From an uncultured Acidimicrobiales bacterium (GTDB lineage Bacteria; Actinomycetota; Acidimicrobiia; Acidimicrobiales; SHLQ01): a stretch of DNA of 37,905 nt. The stretch spans positions 9,600 to 47,504 of the forward strand of contig CAZTDG010000004.1 in assembly GCA_964612655.1 (NCBI GenBank), given 5' to 3'. The notes beneath the pieces are model-generated. The model was not told where the DNA came from. It saw only the letters and a program-made list of their open reading frames with translations, and did not search any database. The position numbers and the translations under genes were made by a program. This document shows, in pieces, positions 36,015-37,905 of the stretch. The number at the start of each line of letters is the position of its first letter. Positions within the stretch are counted from its first letter, which is position 1.

Positions 36015-37367
36015 CTAAATGGTCTCGTTCCAGAGCACCGCGCCGGTGCCGTTGTCGATCGCGACTATGGAGACCGTCGTCGTCACGTACGCAATACCGG
36101 CGGCCGACGACACATCGAACCCGCTCGTGCGGCCGACATCGGTGGTCCATATCGGTTGGCCGGTCTCGGGATCGAGACGAGAAACCATCGACCCGTCTCG
36201 TTGCCATACCGAGCCACCCTCGGCCACCACATCTTCTAGGTTCGCAACCGACGATCGCCAGATGACCTCTCGAGTGGTCAGGTCGAACCCGATGAGTTCG
36301 TCGTAGGCAATGAACAGGGCCACGTCACTCATCGAGCCGAGCGGGGTGCCGAGTCCATCGGCTTGTCGAAAGACCTCAGTGCCCTCCCGGTCGAGGATGA
36401 TGAGGTTGGCCTGCACGCCACCGGTCACCGTGAGGTCACCAACACGAATAGCCCCGTCGAGTCCAGTCACCTGATCATCGATTCCGTCGTCGATCGGTTC
36501 AAGCGAGCGCACCTCGCCGGTGTCGGCTTCTATGACCGCGAGCAGGTGGCCGCCATCGACAGCGGGATCGAAGGTAACCAGGTGCAAGACCTCGTCATGG
36601 AGAACCGGTTCGGTACAGGGAACCTCGGTAGCCCACCGTTCGACGCCCGAGGGCACCTCAACGGCTACCAACGTGGCGATCTCCTCGTCCCCGCGGCACA
36701 GATAGACCACACCCTCCGATGCTCCCACAACGCTCCCGCCAGCTCGCCAAACAACAGCACCTGACAGAGAGTCGAAGACCACGGCGTCTGCGTTGTCTTG
36801 AGCGGCTAGGAAGACCTGATCATCACCCCCTGCAGCTCGAAACCGCGGGAAGGAGCCAAGCTCAATAGCGGCGGGAAATCGCGTTCCCACTGAATCGAAA
36901 CGGATCACCTCCGGATCGTCGAAATTGCCGCGTACGACCAACGCTCCGCCGGCGATGGCTTGGACCTCCGGAATGATTCCCCCGAACCGAGACTCGAGAT
37001 CGAGACAGTCGTCTTGACCGCATCCCACTAGAGCCCTACCACCGAGCGGTTCCGTCAGCTCGATCGACAGACGCTCCTGTGCGCCATCGTCCGTGCAGCT
37101 ACTCGGAGCGATTCGACGCCACAGGTTGGCGGTGATCTCGACCCGGTCGTCGGTCTCAACAACTTCCCACGAGTCGAACCGTGTGCAGTCGGAGGCCACG
37201 CCGCCGAAGAAGGTGGAGACCTCGAGCGTGCGACCGTCAGCGCTTACACCGTCGACGGTCCAATCATTCGGACTCACCCGACCGCCATCGGTTCGCACGC
37301 CCAAGACAGCCAGCAATACGACGACACCGAGAGCCAACACTCCCAACACGCCCACCGTCCGCTTCAT
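36015..37367 (-). CDS. Exported or anchored protein with PQQ-like beta-propeller repeats
   Basis: N-terminal hydrophobic signal; repeated D-x-x-(S/T)G-x-x-x-W motifs (DSLSGAVVW, DPETGQPIW, DNGTGAVLW). Confidence 0.78.
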   Translation of the reverse strand: MKRTVGVLGVLALGVVVLLAVLGVRTDGGRVSPNDWTVDGVSADGRTLEVSTFFGGVASDCTRFDSWEVVETDDRVEITANLWRRIAPSSCTDDGAQERLSIELTEPLGGRALVGCGQDDCLDLESRFGGIIPEVQAIAGGALVVRGNFDDPEVIRFDSVGTRFPAAIELGSFPRFRAAGGDDQVFLAAQDNADAVVFDSLSGAVVWRAGGSVVGASEGVVYLCRGDEEIATLVAVEVPSGVERWATEVPCTEPVLHDEVLHLVTFDPAVDGGHLLAVIEADTGEVRSLEPIDDGIDDQVTGLDGAIRVGDLTVTGGVQANLIILDREGTEVFRQADGLGTPLGSMSDVALFIAYDELIGFDLTTREVIWRSSVANLEDVVAEGGSVWQRDGSMVSRLDPETGQPIWTTDVGRTSGFDVSSAAGIAYVTTTVSIVAIDNGTGAVLWNETI

Positions 37368-37428
37368 AGCCGTCCTCTACGATCGCTCGTTTCGATCTTG
37401 CCACATCCACCTGAGCCAGCAGTGGCGC

Positions 37429-37905
37429 CTACGCCAGCAGAGCGACGCAGAGTTCGCGGGTTTCGTCGTCGATCGGGAAGTAGCTCTCGATCCGCAACTC
37501 ATCGAGGGTCACGTTCTGGGGGGCGTTGAATTCGGTCATCGTCGTCAAGAACCGAAGGCCAATATCCCCTGATCGAAACTCAAGACCCAACATCGGATCA
37601 TCCGGCGCACTTGGATCGGGCTGGCGCCAATCGGCTGGCAGGCCATGGGTGTTCGTGAGCTCCTCGAGAAGGGCGGCCATCTCGATGTCGTGAGGGCGCT
37701 GGAGCACCTCTCGTTGGAACCGGCGCAGAACGGTTCGCGCTGTTACCTCCCAATCGCCGATCATGGCTCGGTTAGCGGGATCGAACAGAAGGCGCAGCAC
37801 GTTGACCTCACTAGGAGCGTGCCCGGCTAGGTCGACATCGGCCAACGCGAACAGCATGGTGCCAGCTCGATTTGTTCGCAGCACGTTGTAGAGCCGATCG
37901 ACGAC
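37429..37905 (-). CDS. XRE/MmyB-type regulator ligand-binding domain (5' part outside window)
   Basis: Frame open to the window edge: VVDRLYNVLRTN...NVLRLLF...LRFLTTMTEFNAPQNVTLDELRIESYFPID. Confidence 0.85.
   Translation of the reverse strand, partial: VVDRLYNVLRTNRAGTMLFALADVDLAGHAPSEVNVLRLLFDPANRAMIGDWEVTARTVLRRFQREVLQRPHDIEMAALLEELTNTHGLPADWRQPDPSAPDDPMLGLEFRSGDIGLRFLTTMTEFNAPQNVTLDELRIESYFPIDDETRELCVALLA

Noticed and set aside
33008-36265. Long plus-strand ORFs 33008..34282 and 34979..36265
   Set aside because: Antisense to well-supported molybdoenzyme genes; expected in GC-rich DNA.
1-37905. CRISPR arrays, tRNA/rRNA, IS elements, prophage or defence genes
   Set aside because: No regularly spaced repeats, RNA gene signatures, transposase or integrase motifs seen; nearly all sequence is explained by CDSs.

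Overview
GC-rich, core-like bacterial segment, most consistent with an actinobacterium of the Acidimicrobiia type (inferred from protein style and gene content). I saw no tRNA/rRNA, CRISPR array or transposase. The left 14 kb is a respiratory cluster on the minus strand: unknown membrane protein, 2x[4Fe-4S] ferredoxin, split b6-type cytochrome b with a heme ci Cys, subunit IV, Rieske protein, a terminator, diheme cytochrome c, a second unknown membrane protein, then nuoA-G (nuoG runs off the window). A divergent monoheme cytochrome c shares an unusual N-terminal motif (MTEIPEHL..R) with subunit IV. The rest holds a DUF2752-like protein, an M16 peptidase lipoprotein, hemB-hemL, VOC and GFA proteins, an mreB-like gene without mreCD, moaE, three adjacent enzymes with degenerate active sites (HtrA-like, SDR, zincin), an MFS protein, cydAB, a hydrolase plus two-subunit xanthine-dehydrogenase-family operon, a PQQ-type propeller protein and a partial MmyB-type regulator. 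The best candidate for a poorly described system is the b6f-like Rieske/cytochrome b complex with ferredoxin and unknown membrane subunits, genetically joined to complex I.
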